This document shows positions 42,561 through 58,458 of a DNA stretch of 64,000 nt, one piece after another (positions within the stretch are counted from its first letter, which is position 1; each line of letters begins with the position of its first letter). A program made the position numbers and the translations under genes. The notes beneath the pieces were generated by a model. The model was not told where the DNA came from. It was given only the letters and a program-made list of their open reading frames with translations, and searched no databases. The DNA is from Eledone cirrhosa (lineage: Eukaryota): positions 135,470,001 through 135,534,000 of the forward strand of contig OZ024741.1 in NCBI GenBank assembly GCA_964016885.1, written 5' to 3'.

Positions 42561-43870
42561 TTTAAAATAATTCCAAAGACAACAAGACATTATGATCGTG
42601 ATTAAAACAAGTGGGCTTTCCGTTATGTTATATTTATTATCTTGACTTCTTCAACATATAGAGTCTTTCCTGCTATATTTTCTCTCTGAGAACATACGTT
42701 ATGTATTCTTGGTTAAATAAATCAAGTAAACGTTGTTTTTGTTTAAGTGATATGCGCTCTCTGTGAAATCGCTACTCTCACTTTGAAGTGATATGTCTCA
42801 ATATGAAATGGTGTGTCCCCATTTAGAATAATACATACTATAGTTCTCTGGAAGGGTTATGAAAATCATCCAGTTGACTGTATAAAAAGGAACGAAGAAA
42901 TATTGAAAAACAAAATATCTGTCTACAGTATTTCTAGCTTACAAACTACAAAGAAAAGTAATTTTATAGCGGAAATTGAAAACTTATAGCTAGATGAAAA
43001 AAACAACAACAAATGAATCGTGAAAATAGTGACTTATACGTGTAGGAAATATGAATATGAACGTTAAAAAAAGTCGGCCAATGTTTAAATCTCGTGCAGT
43101 AAAGATTTAAATAAAACAGTATTGGCTTGTTTACTAATCATTGGGTAAATTTGAAAATAAATTTACTTTTGAAAAGTGGTCACCACGCAGTTGGACAATA
43201 GATTATGGTTAAATAAGTTAAAGTCAGGTCAACTAACCCTTTACCAACATTTTAGGTTCTTTACTCGACTTATTCAATTAGCGTGACCTAGAGGTTATAA
43301 TGATGAATTCAAGATCATACGTTGCAAGGTTCGATTACTGGATCGGATGACATATTGTGTTCTTGAGCAAATTACTATATTTTTACATTGGTCCTTCTGC
43401 TAGGCGTTGTGAGAGGCAGATAACATAGACAATGGAAAGACCAATGGAAACACTATTTACTTGGTCTGATCTGACGATCAGCTATTTTCTCTTTAATATA
43501 TATATATATTCAAGATATGTTCAACAATTGAAAGACCAGTGGAAATGCAGTTTCCTTAGTCTGATCTGATGATGGGCTCTTTTGTTTCCAATTTTTATAT
43601 ATAGTTCATCATCATCATTGTGGCGTCTATTCAAGAAGAAAACATATTTTCGATAGAAGTTTTTAAATTAATTTTCCTCACATGAAAATGTTTTTATAGT
43701 TATAAATTGTTGACATTCTCCCGTTTGATATTGAGTATTGGCTTTTTAATCGCTCATTTGTCTTACGAAACACATAAGCTATAAAATAACGATCACAAGC
43801 AGAGAAAGTCGAGGTGTTTTTATGTATTGGTAGTGAAGGATGCGGGGCTGGGCTCTGATAAAAAGAATCA

Positions 43871-43918
<48 letters not shown>

Positions 43919-45028
43919 CATATATATATATAAATTCAAAGTGGAAAAGGTACATAAAATTATATACGTATATGTTTGTATGTCTGTGTATGTGTACGTG
44001 TGTTTGTGCGTGTGTGTGTCCGTTTAGTATTGATTGTTTTATTTAGTCGAGCCAGTATCCTGTTACACTGAAGTTTTGTCTGTGTATTTTGACACACATA
44101 CATATACACACGGACACACACACACACATACTCTCCCTTTCCCTCACACACACATGTGTGTGTGCATATATATATCAGAGGTTTTAAAATACCAAATTTA
44201 AAAACCTGTACTTCACTATTCTATATTTTATGGAAAGGTTCAGAAGTATTAGTTTGTTTAATATGTAGAGTTATATTTATATTTAAAGTTTATTAAAGTT
44301 CTTTCTTGAATTATCTCACTTTGTATTGCATTCCATCTAGATGCGTGAGAGTTTAATACACAGATAGAAGAGTTGTTTTATATATCAGATAAATAGGCTT
44401 CGAATATTTACAATCGTTACAGATGACTGACACGATTCGTGGAAAATGTTGGAATAATGAATACTTACTCTTTTACTGGCTTCAATCATTTCACTGCGGC
44501 CATGCTAGGGCATCATCATGAAATTTTAGCCGATTGTATCGATGATTTTATAACGTTGCGATGGAGTGGCCTCCTGTACAGTGTATGTGTGTGAGTGTGT
44601 GTGTGTGTGGGGGGGGGGGGGGTCTTGTGCTCTAAATCGCTTCACGTCACGATAACCGAGATAAACACCGGCCCGATGAGCTTTCGGGTTCTAGACAGAT
44701 TTTAGTATCGACGGCAGTACTTATGGTTTCAAGTCTGGTACTTATTATCATCAATTTCTTTCTTGTTGGGCTGCTACACGTATGTTACGTATATTAGAAA
44801 ACACTTGCGAAACGTTCCGCGTAGTTGAACTGGACTCTGAAAGACATGAGAGAAAAAAAAAAAAAGGAATTGATGGACAAATCCCAGACCTCATTCGCTT
44901 ACCGAGTGAAGTGGAACTCCTCAAATCGGAGTAAGGAAACCATTTTCCCTTGACAAATACACTTTATTTCAGGATGTTTCTGTTCACTCAGCTAGCAAAA
45001 ATGTGTTTTATTCAAACGGTCATCATAA

Positions 45029-45200
45029 TTTGGCAGTATCGGATGCCATTCTTTAAAGTATAGTTACGTCCCTTTATGTTCTGAGTTCAAATCCCGCCAA
45101 GGTTAACTTTGCCTTTCATCCTTACGGGGTCAATAAAATAAAGTACCAGTAATGTACTGGGATAAATACTGGCCTTGTGCCAAAAGAAGAAACAATTATT
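45029..45200 (+). mobile_element. SINE family A
   Basis: TTGGCAGTATCGG...GAGTTCAAATCCCGCC...GCCTTTCATCCTTACGGGGTC...GGCCTTGTGCCAAAAG. Confidence 0.85.
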
Positions 45201-46924
45201 ACACGCTGTATCATGTTGAATCTCGCTGAGATCGACATTACTGAAATCTACAATATTAGTTAAATTCGGCCCTGGTTCTTTGATACAAAATATTATGCTT
45301 TAAAATGTTAACATTTATCCCCAAACCTTACATAATTCTATGCAAGAACCTTTCTTAAGTTAGGTTACAAACATTAACTTCATGAGAAACTAAGTTATAT
45401 TACTAAATGCTTCCAAATTTTCGATTATTTTCAAAATTATTTGAATATATATTGGTAGTGGCTTTCATATAAAATATGGTAATGGAAGGGTTAACGCTAC
45501 ACGTGTCTCTGGAATTCTTTGTCATTTGCATGTTAATTTCATGAGCTTATAATTAGGTTCATCATAACTGCAACAGATCCAAACGACATGCCCCATATCA
45601 AAGGAGGAATGGAAAAAACTGTAAAAAAAAAAAAGCCTTGGCGTCTGGGAGGTCATAACGACATTACAATATTTACACGCCTGAAAAGTATAATACATTC
45701 TTTAAAACTGAGCCAATATCGAGATTTCAACGAAACCTTCACTACACTCCACATTTGCTATCTAGCGCCGGAAGATAGAAAGTCGTAGAATTTTTATCGA
45801 TTTGGTGTTATCGATGTTCAATCAGTTCTTTTAGTCATCATTCTGCTGCTAAAGACAAAATCCGAAGAAACATGTGTCCAGGAATGAATATTTTTATTCG
45901 AACATTTTTTATGTTATGTACATAGATGTAGAAACATAGGAAAGAGCTATAAAAATAATAATATTGATAATGATGTTGATGATGGTGATAATAATAATCA
46001 TAATAAAACGAAAGAAAGCATTTACCATTTCTGACAAAACAATAATAGTATTAAGGTAAAAATTAAGGTAAAAAAAACCCGGCCAACATATTTTCTTTAT
46101 CTATATTGTATGGAGCGCGAGTTTTCTTCCTGCTATTCTCACCACAAAGACATACATATACGTTTTCCGACATACGTATGACTAAGCAGGCTGTCATCTC
46201 TCTGCATCCGTATGTCTCTATCTTTATCGATAGCTGAGCTATCGAACACACAGACTCACAGACAGCAGTGAGCTGTGAATATCGAGTTTGTTAAACCACC
46301 TGCTGCTGCACGCTCTTGTGTATTTTAGCGGGCGTTCGTAAATCTAGCGGATTCTTAACACTATCTGAGGAACCTGTAGCACGCAGGTGAAACAATAGAG
46401 TAGCAGGCCATAGGATTGGCCTATATATATTTATAATTGGCATATATATAAGTGGCAGTAACACTAAGATAGCGTTAAGCACAATAGAGATGTATAAGAA
46501 AGCATATAATATATGTTTATATACAATACACATATGAGATCCTCCTTATCAAAGTGAATTAATTTTTCGTTATGAAAAAAATAGTTTTCTCTCTTTTGCT
46601 CTGAAAAATTGTCACATATATTTCAGTAGCCGTTGAGGATGCCAGACAGCTGTTTCAAGTTACATTAATCTTTCATCAGTGATATTCATTCAACCGGTAC
46701 TTAGATGAGAATAGATTATTTCCTCTTTGATAGCGAAACTCTAATATGCTTATTGTTTATAAAAATAGAGTATATGCTTTCATATACACCACTATTATGC
46801 TTAACGCCATTTTAGTGCTACTGCTAATTAATTATAACTAATCATGTTCGCACTACATGAAAATGAGCATTTCCAGTCGATGTTTTCTATTTAGTTTGTG
46901 AAAATGAGTACAACAGGGTAGACG

Positions 46925-47345
46925 TATATTTTAATGGTTATGGTGTTGGTTCACGAGCTCGATTCCCGAAAGCATTTGGTATCCTTTGAACAAGACATTT
47001 TGTTACAGTTTGCTTCAATCCCCTCAGCTGCAAAAAATCAGTAGCACCTGTAATTTAAAAAGCCAGCCTTGCCGCAATCTCTTATACACTGTTGTCACAG
47101 CCAAACTATGTTGAGAGTACACGTGTCTGTAAATACGTAGCCGCTTAGATTCTAATACAAGATGAAATGTACATGCAATTCAATCGACCTCCTTGTCGCA
47201 CAGTATGACATGTTGAATCTCCCCGAGAACTATGTCAAGTGTACACGTGTCTATGGAATGTTCAGCTACTTGCTCGTTAAATTCATGAGCAAGTTGTTCC
47301 GTTGATCGAACTACTGAAACATTCGTCGTCGAAGCAGACGGAGGT
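46925..47345 (+). mobile_element. Degenerate SINE family B copies with a partly duplicated 3' part
   Basis: CCTTTGAACAAGACATTT; GTACACGTGTCT twice; TGTTCCGTTGATCGAACTACTGAAAC. Confidence 0.6.
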
Positions 47346-47923
47346 CCAATACACACACACATTGCGTTTTCATTTATTTTTATTAGCATAATAAAAAAAA
47401 AAGTGCAGGAAATAGAACGGAAATCTGTCGCGATGAGTTTAACCCTTACTAAGGCAGTGGACTGGAACTTCAACCAATGAAAACTCTTCTTCCTTTTTCT
47501 TTCCTTCTTTTTTCTTGCTTTCTTCTTTTTTCTTGCTTTCTTTCTTTCTTTCTTTCTTTCCTTATTTATTTATTTAATTATTTATCTATTTATTTATTTT
47601 CCTTTCTTAAAGACATATTTGATATTTTAGTCATTCTAGCAGAACGAGACATTGGGAGATTGCCATAATCAAATAAAAATGTCAACACCTGTATTATTTA
47701 CGAAAGTCCTCTTTTTCTTCCTCTTTCCTTTCTTCACTCATTCTCCCTCCTCCCCATCTCTCTCTCTACACACACATAATATATATATAATATAAACTAA
47801 AGAAAAGAGCATGAAGCAATGTTTATATTGAGTTTTGAGTTTATATTTATTGGAAAACAGTCAGTGATTCACTACTCCGATACTCCATTTAAGACGCGCA
47901 AACGTGGTATGTATATGTACATA

Positions 47924-48005
<82 letters not shown>

Positions 48006-48699
48006 GTAGACGATATTGTGAATCAATATCACTTGAAAGATCACACATACTTAACGCGTAAAGTGTATACGTGCCTGCAACGTATGTATATACGTGTGTG
48101 TATATAAATGTGTATATATATATATTCGGTAAATAACGAGTCGGACGTTCGGTTGATCGAACAACTGAATGCTCATCGTCAAAACCCATGACAGTAGGCT
48201 AAACGTCAAATCTGACAACATACCAATTTGTCGATGTGGCTCCTAGACATTTTACCCTCTTCTCTCTCTGTCTCTCTCTCTGTATGTGTATAAAAGATGT
48301 CTGTGTTTCTACAACGATCATATGTGTGGTTGTGTTTTTACAAACGTACAGACATGATTTACTTAAGCTTATGTTTGCTATTCCAGGAACCAGAAAGTGT
48401 TAATTATTTATAATTCTTACAATTAGTTATTCACTGTTGTGGATGTAAGATAATTCATTTAGACAGGTAGGTAATAAGCCAAACTTTTAACCTCTTATTT
48501 ACAATCAATATCGACTGAAGTCGGGGGAATACTTCGTTGTTTGTTTCTATTTTTGCAAAGATAAAAACTGAACGATATTTTCTAAGCGAGAAACGTCGCA
48601 TAAGTCTAGAAAAGCAAGTAAAGAAAAGAAAAGAAAACAAACAAACAATAAAAACAAAACAAAACAACAACAACAAGAAAACACTTTGAAAGGAAACTA

Positions 48700-49040
48700 A
48701 CCTCCGTCGGTTTACACGATGAGTGTTCTAGTTGTTTGATTAAAGGAACAACTTGCGCATGACAATAGTGAGCAAGTGGCTGATCATTCTACAGATATGT
48801 ATCAACTTGACGTGATTCACAGGGATATCAATTATGACACAGTAGGTGATAAGGCTGGCCCTATGAATGCCTGGTATAGTCCATCTGACGGACCTCCTAA
48901 CAATATCCGTCTATCTTATTTTAATCAATAGTCTTTGGTCAATCCGAGGCTAAAAGTCATACATGCTCAAGATGAAAGTAAAGAGATCGAACCCAGGATT
49001 TTTGGATTGCAAAGCGAACTTCTTAAACACTCAGCCATTC
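48700..49040 (-). mobile_element. Degenerate SINE family B pieces
   Basis: Similar to 49585-49895. Confidence 0.55.
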
Positions 49041-49584
49041 TGCGTTCCCATAAATTTAGAGTGCGGGTATATCTAGAGATATTAATGGATAAAATAGTAC
49101 AGCTGTGGATACGACTTGATGCACAAATCTTAATAAATGGATAAATTCACAACATTAGTATTCAACATAACTTCGGGTCAACTTAAGGGTTGTGAGTGGA
49201 ATTGGGTAGACGGAAACTGTGTGGAAGCCCATTTGATGGATTACATCTCTATTTCAAAGGTACAACTTTGTCAGACACTGTGTCATGCTGATTTTGCCTC
49301 AGAATTATGTTATAAGCACAAGTGTCCACACAATAACTCACTAGCCGGGTGTTTAGTTGCTCGAAAGACTGAATGATTATCGTTGATGTTTATAAAATTG
49401 GAAGAGTGTTCTTTTGTAAAGATCTTCATATAAAAATGCTAGTTACATATTACACCTAAGATATTTCTATATTGAAGCATATTCCTACATATTCCTCATT
49501 GTGGTGTAGGTATATCCATGATTTCAGCATTAAAGTAAAGATGTTTATGATACCATATACAAAAACAAAACAACAAAAAAACTG

Positions 49585-49895
49585 GCACTCCGTCTGTTAC
49601 GTCGACAAGTGTTCCAGTTGATACGATCAACGGAACAGCTTGCTTATCTAATTAACATGTAAGTGGTTGAGCATTCGACAGACACGCGTCGTTCTCAGGG
49701 AAATTCAGCGTGATACAGGATGTGACAAGTTTGACCCTTCGAATTACAGGTACAACTCATTATTTTGACAGCTGGGGGGATTAGAGCAACGTGAAATAAA
49801 GTGTCTTGCTCAAGGACACAATGTGCCGCCGATAATCGAACTCATGACATTACAATCGTGAGCTGAATACCATAACCACTAAGACACGCGCCTTC
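49585..49895 (-). mobile_element. SINE family B, near full length
   Basis: The minus strand reads AGGCGCGTGTCTTAGTGGTTATGG...GAGTTCGATTATC...GTGTCCTTGAGCAAGACACTTTATTTCACGTTGCTC, with a (TTTTG)n-like tail. Confidence 0.85.
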
Positions 49896-50809
49896 ACTCC
49901 CCTATACAATAGCTTTATGTGTAACAAACATATATTTAGTCATGCTGTGAGGATTTTAAGCTGTAATCATTTCATATATCACAACCAGCTCCAACGATAT
50001 TGAAGGAACGGTGATATGATCACAGCTCTCTCAATAATCACAATAATATAGATGTGTGTTTATTATACATAGATAAGTTGTATATACATTCATAAACGTC
50101 TTTATTCTCAATCACGCTGTGATAGTGCTATCAGTAATTCATATTTATGTACTGTATCTAAGGTTGCTGAGTTCATTGTTGTTGTTTAACCTCAGATCAA
50201 CGATATATGAACACCATAGACATTCTGTCCATAACAATACTGTATTTTTAAACAAACTTACATTAACTAAAACTATCTCCGCTTTATATAAAGACGGCAG
50301 AGTGTAATAAGAAAATGATTTGGCTGCTATGTCTAGCCAGTCCAGTGACAACGTAAAGGTCCTTCTCATTGGCTAGTATTGTATTTATTGTTTCTGAATA
50401 CAATAGAACTAATTTCATCGACAAAACAGAAGAAAAACATAACACTGCAAGTTAACGAAAGGTTTGTCAGTTTTACAGTGTCATGTTTTTATCTCGCAGT
50501 ACTCTGAACCGTAGGTACTCTATATATACTCAACTGTATATACCCTCTATATTCACATTATATGTACTCTATATGTTATATATATACTCCATTAGTTTCA
50601 GTAACGGTAGATGAGTTGACAATGAGATATTGACAAGGACTGTGGGCATTATGGGAATTGTAGCGCACACAAATGTTTCTTTCAATATAGTTCTATTGAG
50701 GTAGAGTGTAAATACCTCATATATTAAGTAAATTTTGTCGCGGTTACAGCCACGCGATTACGCGCTCCTTATCAATATATCATTGTGAACTCATTTATCA
50801 CACTGAATG

Positions 50810-50851
<42 letters not shown>

Positions 50852-50853
<2 letters not shown>

Positions 50854-51030
50854 GAAAATAAACCAAAGAAGCCTTCAATACATCAAAGACTTTTGATGTA
50901 TTGAAGGCTTCTTTGGTTTATTTTCATAATTCTTCGGCTCTGTTTAATTACATTGAGCTATACCTTTACTGTCATTTCTATAATATGAAGAGGGTGTTTA
51001 ACTCCAACACACTCTAGTATTTTAATTCTT
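50852..51030 (+). mobile_element. Minimal hairpin + tail element in (TA)n
   Basis: A perfect ~36-bp stem (50852-50887 vs 50892-50927) with a ~4-nt loop, then a ~100-bp tail, with (TA)n on both sides. Confidence 0.75.
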
Positions 51031-51108
51031 ATATATATATATATATATATATATAAGAAATGAGTTTTTTTTTAATGAAAACAACGAAATGTCCTACACG
51101 AATGAAAG

Positions 51109-51300
51109 TATAAGGAAAAGAAATCGAAAATGTAACTGAAATCTTTTAAAGAATATTTATTTGTTTCCTTTACCAGTTTCACAGTTCTTATACTTTTCAA
51201 AAGTAGAAAGACCACAAACCCTCCATCTCAATTCTACTTTTGAAAAGCATAAACATTTTTAAAAAGACTGCAGTTGCATTTTCTATTTCTTTTCCTTATA
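51109..51300. repeat. Degenerate foldback element next to (TA)n
   Basis: 51109-51155 pairs with ~51255-51300, and 51188-51208 pairs with 51232-51252. Confidence 0.65.
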
Positions 51301-51331
51301 TATATATATAATTTCAAATATATATAAATAT

Positions 51332-52750
51332 AAGAGGGTGTTAAAGTTTGCTTGAAGCATTGTGAAATGTGTAAAAATACGTATTTAAGAAAGCCACAAC
51401 AATGCAAAGGGAAATCTCGAGGTAGGACGTGAAATATAGATAGGAGAAACAGGAGAAAGTGAAAATTGAGAGAGACAAAGATGAAAACAAAACAAAGGTA
51501 GAAGGGTTACCGTAGTAGAGATTTAATCCCAATATTTCGGGCTCACGCCCATCAACGGGGGAAAAGTTCCAAAAGGGGGGGAACAGGCCAAGCGGAGAAA
51601 GTTGTGATGTCGTTAAGACAGGAATGCCGTTATGGGGAGAAAAATATTTAAAATTTAAACGAGGGAAAGAATGCGCGTGCGCGTGATAGGCTGTGGCAAA
51701 AGCTACTGACCAAATGGGTTAAATCAAGAGGGTGCGTTAGCGTGTGAAAGCCGTAAGATATGTGTATGTAAATATATATGTGTGTGTAACTGTGTGTGTA
51801 TAAGTGTAAGTGTGTATATGTGTGAGTGTGTGTGTGTGTGAAAGATAGTGGGCTGTAGAAGTTGGAAATCAAAGGGTGTGAAAGGTGGTAGGTTGTAAAA
51901 TATGTGTGCGTGTATAAATATAGATGTGTGTGTGTAAGCGTATGGGTATACATGTGTGTGTAACTGTGTGTGTATATGTGTGAGTGCGTTTGTGTGTGAA
52001 AGATAGTGGGCTGTAGAAGCTGGAAAGCAAAGGGTGTGAAAGGTGGTAGGTTGTAAAAACATGTGTGCGTGTATAAATATAGATGTGTGTGTGTGTATGC
52101 GTATGGGTATGCATATACGTGCGTGTGTGTGAAGATAGCAGGCCGTAGGCTGTAAATGGTCATTATGGTTAAGTTAGCCATGTCAGCTCATTTCTCTCAG
52201 CCCGGTTGTTAAGTGGGGGTCTGAGGTTCTTAATAATAAGTGCTTCCTTTATCCTTAAGGATCCGATGCTGCGTTCAGTCGCTAGGACTGTGACCAAGGG
52301 TCTACCCTGTGGGTTTCCGCATTTAAGGATATGTTTACGGAAGGAAGATGCGTTGGTGTTGATATGTTCCTTGATACGAACATGTAGGGGTCGGATGGTG
52401 CTACCTATGTAAAACTTGTTACATTTATCGCATTGAATCTTATATACGACATAGGTGCGTAGGCAATCTGCCCCCCGTATCGGGCAGTTGCTGAGGGAAC
52501 ACGTCCCATCTGCCTCGTAGGGTTTGTTGGAGAGGCATCTTCGCAGCGAAGGTCCTGTGTGGGCCAAATGTATGTCAAGTCCCTCCGTCCGTATGGCCCT
52601 GCGGATGGCGTTCGTGGTATATTCACTCAGGTGGGGGATTTTAAAGAAGCACCTGCTAATATTAAGTTTTCTAGTGGGTGCCAGTCTACTGGGTCTGGGG
52701 TCTCTAATTCCGTTAATCAGTCGCTTGGGATAACCATTAGATCTGAGTAT
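51332..52750 (-). mobile_element. 5'-truncated PLE with a CCHH-type GIY-YIG endonuclease and 3' region
   Basis: Contains the endonuclease frame listed next. The 3' region has a 158-bp tandem duplication (51840 vs 51998) and a degenerate minimal HHR at 51528-51561 (CCGTTGA-t-GGGC gtga GCCC-GAAA-TA-TT-GGG). Both ends are TA-rich. Confidence 0.85.
52169..52747 (-). pseudogene. PLE ORF C-terminus: end of RT thumb, linker and GIY-YIG endonuclease
   Basis: Open frame LRSNGYPKRLI...KIPHLSE...VVYKIQCDKCNKFYIGSTIRPLHVRIKEH...FRKH...LRIKEALII...PPLN, the canonical PLE GIY-YIG with CCHH. Confidence 0.9.
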
Positions 52751-52972
52751 ATATAAATATATATAAATTAGACAAAATCACAAATACATATATGCGTTTG
52801 GCAACCATTCACGGTGTGGCTCAATGAAGAATTAATTAAATAATTATTTATCAGAGCAATTTATAAAAATGTAAGTCGAAAGAATCATTATATAAAATAT
52901 ATACAGTATTTTCTCTCCCAATCAGTATAAATTAACCACACAAAAAATCATATATATATATATATATATATA

Positions 52973-53445
52973 TATTGAAGAAATTTCATGTTTACATTTT
53001 CAATATATAGTTAAGAAAAAAGAAAGTAGTTCTATTTTTATTAGAGAAGATTATTTTGTGCATTCTATAGTTCAATCAAGATACCTTATAATTATATATA
53101 AAATAATATATAAAAAATGTTCTACATATATTTTGCATATATCTTAATTGAATATTCTTTTAAAGTAAATTCTAGTATAAACGGCAAATTTAACATAACT
53201 GTTTTAACTAAGAAATATTGGAGTTATCTTTTCCTTTATAATGTAACACGCTTAAATATTTCTTCTAAGTAACAACTAAACTTTACATAAATATTAAATT
53301 TTTTTCATAATTTCGTTAACTTTGTAAATGTATTCCTATCTTGATTGAACCTAGAATGCACAAAATAATCTTCTCTAATAAAAATAGAACTACTTTATTT
53401 TTTCTTAGCTATTCATTTGAAATGTAAACACGAAATTCTTCGAAA
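52973..53445. repeat. Foldback element with ~110-bp arms starting at (TA)n
   Basis: 52975-53083 is the reverse complement of ~53337-53443. Confidence 0.75.
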
Positions 53446-54227
53446 CCCTTAAAATACATAAATATTTAAATTATATTTCTAAGGAAAAAAACATATGTAT
53501 TCACCAACATTATTTATATAAATATTTATATAAATAACTTGTAATATAATAAAGTAAAATATACTTACAACCTTAATTCTTCATAAAATATACTTATAAA
53601 TATTATCTATATAATATTATAACTCACGATTTGAATAGATGCAATAATTAGTACTATCTCTTAATTTTTAAAATTGGTATTCTACCACTTCATCACATTT
53701 ATGGTTCTCATATTATTTTATAGATACTTCTAAAATATATAATTATATAATTAAATAAATGATTATAATTATATCACTCTCTTTACACCATCACTGATTT
53801 GATCCATACACTTATATTTTAATAATAAAAGTGTATTTCTAAATATAATATACTTGTTTTCTTATAATCATTTCTTAAATGTTCTTACACCCTAATATTA
53901 ATATTAACATCTCTCTCTTCCCTTAAAAATAAACAAATAAAAAATTATCCTAATAATTATTTAAATTTACCTAGCGTCTAAATATAACGATCTTTTTCAA
54001 CTGTACGTTTAGCCTCATTAACATATTTCATCCTAAGATTTGAAATTTCTTTCACTATCCAAAATGAACTTAAAACGATAAGTTCTTGTTTTTGGATATG
54101 TCAATATTTATAAGAGAATTTTTTGTATTTTATTTGATGAGAGCGTACCAAAATTTTGGTACGCTTGAAATATATATAATACAATAAATATGGTTTTATA
54201 AAGATAGTTTCCATGTATTAATATCAT

Positions 54228-56138
<1,911 letters not shown>

Positions 56139-56683
56139 GAAGAAGTTTATGAAACGGAAATGCGGGTATAAAGAATTTATTAGGTAACAATTGTTTATAT
56201 AGTGTATGGGTTACCTATACCTCGCTATTTGTATAATATAAAAATATTATCATAAATCGTAGGTACACTGTAAGAAAACACACCATGTCGTCAGACCTTT
56301 GTGGTAAAATGATATGAAAATATTTTATACACTAGATATAAGAGAAAGAAGGAGGTAGGAAGGGAAGGATTTAAGGAAAGATTTAAGACTGTCAGAGTAG
56401 TAGAGATTGTAAGGAGAAAATGTTTTGGCAGCAGTTAGCTTAATGAGGCGTGTTAGGGTTGGCGGGGTAAGAACATTCTTCTAGTGGTGTTGTTTGGACA
56501 AAATTTAGTTAAAGGGGTCAAAGTAGTACAGAATTACAGACAAGTTATTGGGGCTATTATAGTAGCAGGTTATTTCTAAAGGGGTCCAAAAAACAGTGTT
56601 TAGTACTATTATTATAGAAAGCCATATCGTGTGTATAAACATATAAAACAAAAATTTGCAAACGGTGGTGTAAAAAGGTAACA

Positions 56684-57635
56684 TTACATGCATTTAAAAA
56701 AAGAAAAAGTCGTTTTCAAACGATGGTTACAGTAAAGTGAACGTTCAATTTTGCTGTTCAAAAGTTTGTTTTCCGACGTTAAAATGCAGTATATTTCCAT
56801 ATTGCATAATTTACAGAATCGATGATTTTGCTGATATGCAGGCGCAAATGAAATAATTTGCCAATCAAGGGAGAATGCTTGAATGTTCCTCCGAAGCTGC
56901 CAGGCTTTATCGGCGAGGGTTGTAACGGAGTGCATTTTCTCATGCCTGATCGAAGATCGATGTTGGTATAGGCGAGCTTTGAAAGATATTGCGGTACATC
57001 CGACGTAATACCATTTGTTGGTTCCGGAATGTATTGTACAACGGTAGACAATATTGCGTGCTATGCACTAGTTATTCAGTGGGCACGTACCTGGTTTGGT
57101 GCAGTTACAGTTATTTTTATGTTTTGCAGTAGTATCCTGGATAGTTTGGTGGGGTTGTAGTTGCGTGTTAGTGCGTTGTATGTCGCTATGCTGGTGCGCT
57201 GTGTCATTAGGGATGTACTTATTTAGTATTGTTGAGTTGAGTTTTTTAATTAGTTGTTCTATGTTAGGTGCAGTGGAGTATGAGAGTCTAATGGTGCGCG
57301 AGTTTAAGATTTTATAGTATTTATGTGAAGTTGTAAAGTGTTTATTGATCAGTGTATAGAATTGTGAGATAATCTTAGTGCTAATAGAAATATTGTACAC
57401 GGGGTTATACCATACGTACTCTCTACGTCTGACTCTATTTGTTGGTTTGCACCTATTAGTATGCCTATTGATGTGTCTGTGTGGTGCAATACTAGTTCGA
57501 CTTAGATGTGGTTTATTCATAGTACCTATGCAGTTATCATCTAGATATTCTATTTTCTCGCAGTAACCAGCTTTTCTAAGTGCGTCATTATAATATTCAG
57601 CATGCTCGTTGAAGATCTACAAATTAGACGACAGT
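56684..57635 (-). pseudogene. PLE ORF C-terminal part (thumb, CxC-CP linker, GIY-YIG-type endonuclease), disrupted
   Basis: SSNL*IFNEHAEYYNDALRKAGY...RRREYVWYNPVYN...LINKHF..HKYYKILNSRTIRLSYS...CNCTKPGTCPLNN*C..RNIVYRC...WQIISFAPAY...CKLCNMEIYCI...LLNSKIERSLYCNH, with stops and frameshifts. Confidence 0.85.
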
Positions 57636-58161
57636 CGAGAGATCCTTATGGTTATATTTTGAGGGATAGATTTAATAATGGAATGGGGATGGTTCGATTT
57701 TACATTAACGTACTTGAGATTTTCATTAAGTTTGTGAAATGGCTTTATATTGTAATGTTACCTTTTTACACCACCGTTTGCAAATTTTTGTTTTATATGT
57801 TTATACACACCATATGGCTTTCTATAATAATAGTACTAAACACTGTTTTTTGGACCCCTTTAGAAATAACCTGCTACTATAATAGCCCCAATAACTTGTC
57901 TGTAATTCTGTACTACTTTGACCCCTTTAACTAAATTTTGTCCAAACAACACCACTAGAAGAATTTACTTACCCCGCCAACCCTAACACGCCTCATTAAG
58001 CTAACTGCTGCCAAAACATTTTCTCCTTACAATCTCTACTACTCTGACAGTCTTAAATCCTTCCTTAAATCCTTCCTTCCTACCTCCTAAATCCTTCCTT
58101 CCTACCTCCTTCTTTCTCTTATATCTAGTGTATAAAATATTTTCATATCATTCTACCACAA

Positions 58162-58278
58162 AGGTCTGACGACATGGTGTGTTTTCTTACAGTGTACCTA
58201 CGATTTATGATAATATTTTTATATTATACAAATAGCGAGGTATAGGTAACCCATACACTATAGAAACAATTGTTACCT
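58162..58278 (+). ncRNA. Type I hammerhead ribozyme motif with a ~70-nt stem II insertion
   Basis: AGGT-CTGACGA-cATGGTGTGT...ATACACTATa-GAAA-CAATTG-TT-ACCT, with a palindromic stem III and a GUU site. The mirror copy at ~56182-56298 has GAAA changed to TAAA. Confidence 0.7.
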
Positions 58279-58458
58279 AATAAATTCTTTATACCCACAT
58301 TTTCGTTTCATAAACTTCTTCTTCATATTTTCTCCGGATTTTAAAACAATTTATTATACGTTGAGCAATCTCCGACGTCGGTTGACTCCATCCAATGCGA
58401 CTACTTAGTAACATTGGAATACAGATTTATTAATTCTATATATATATATATATATATA

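Larger units (their letters stand above)
56134..58437. mobile_element. PLE (probable Hydra-type) with long inverted arms in (TA)n
   Basis: 56134-56688 is the reverse complement of 57752-58327. A coding remnant lies on the minus strand (56684-57635), followed by ~115 bp of unassigned filler. The unpaired tail is 58328-58437. Confidence 0.9.

Noticed and set aside
53450-54230. Possible decayed LINE coding sequence
   Set aside because: Only vague motif resemblance in very AT-rich sequence with many stops.
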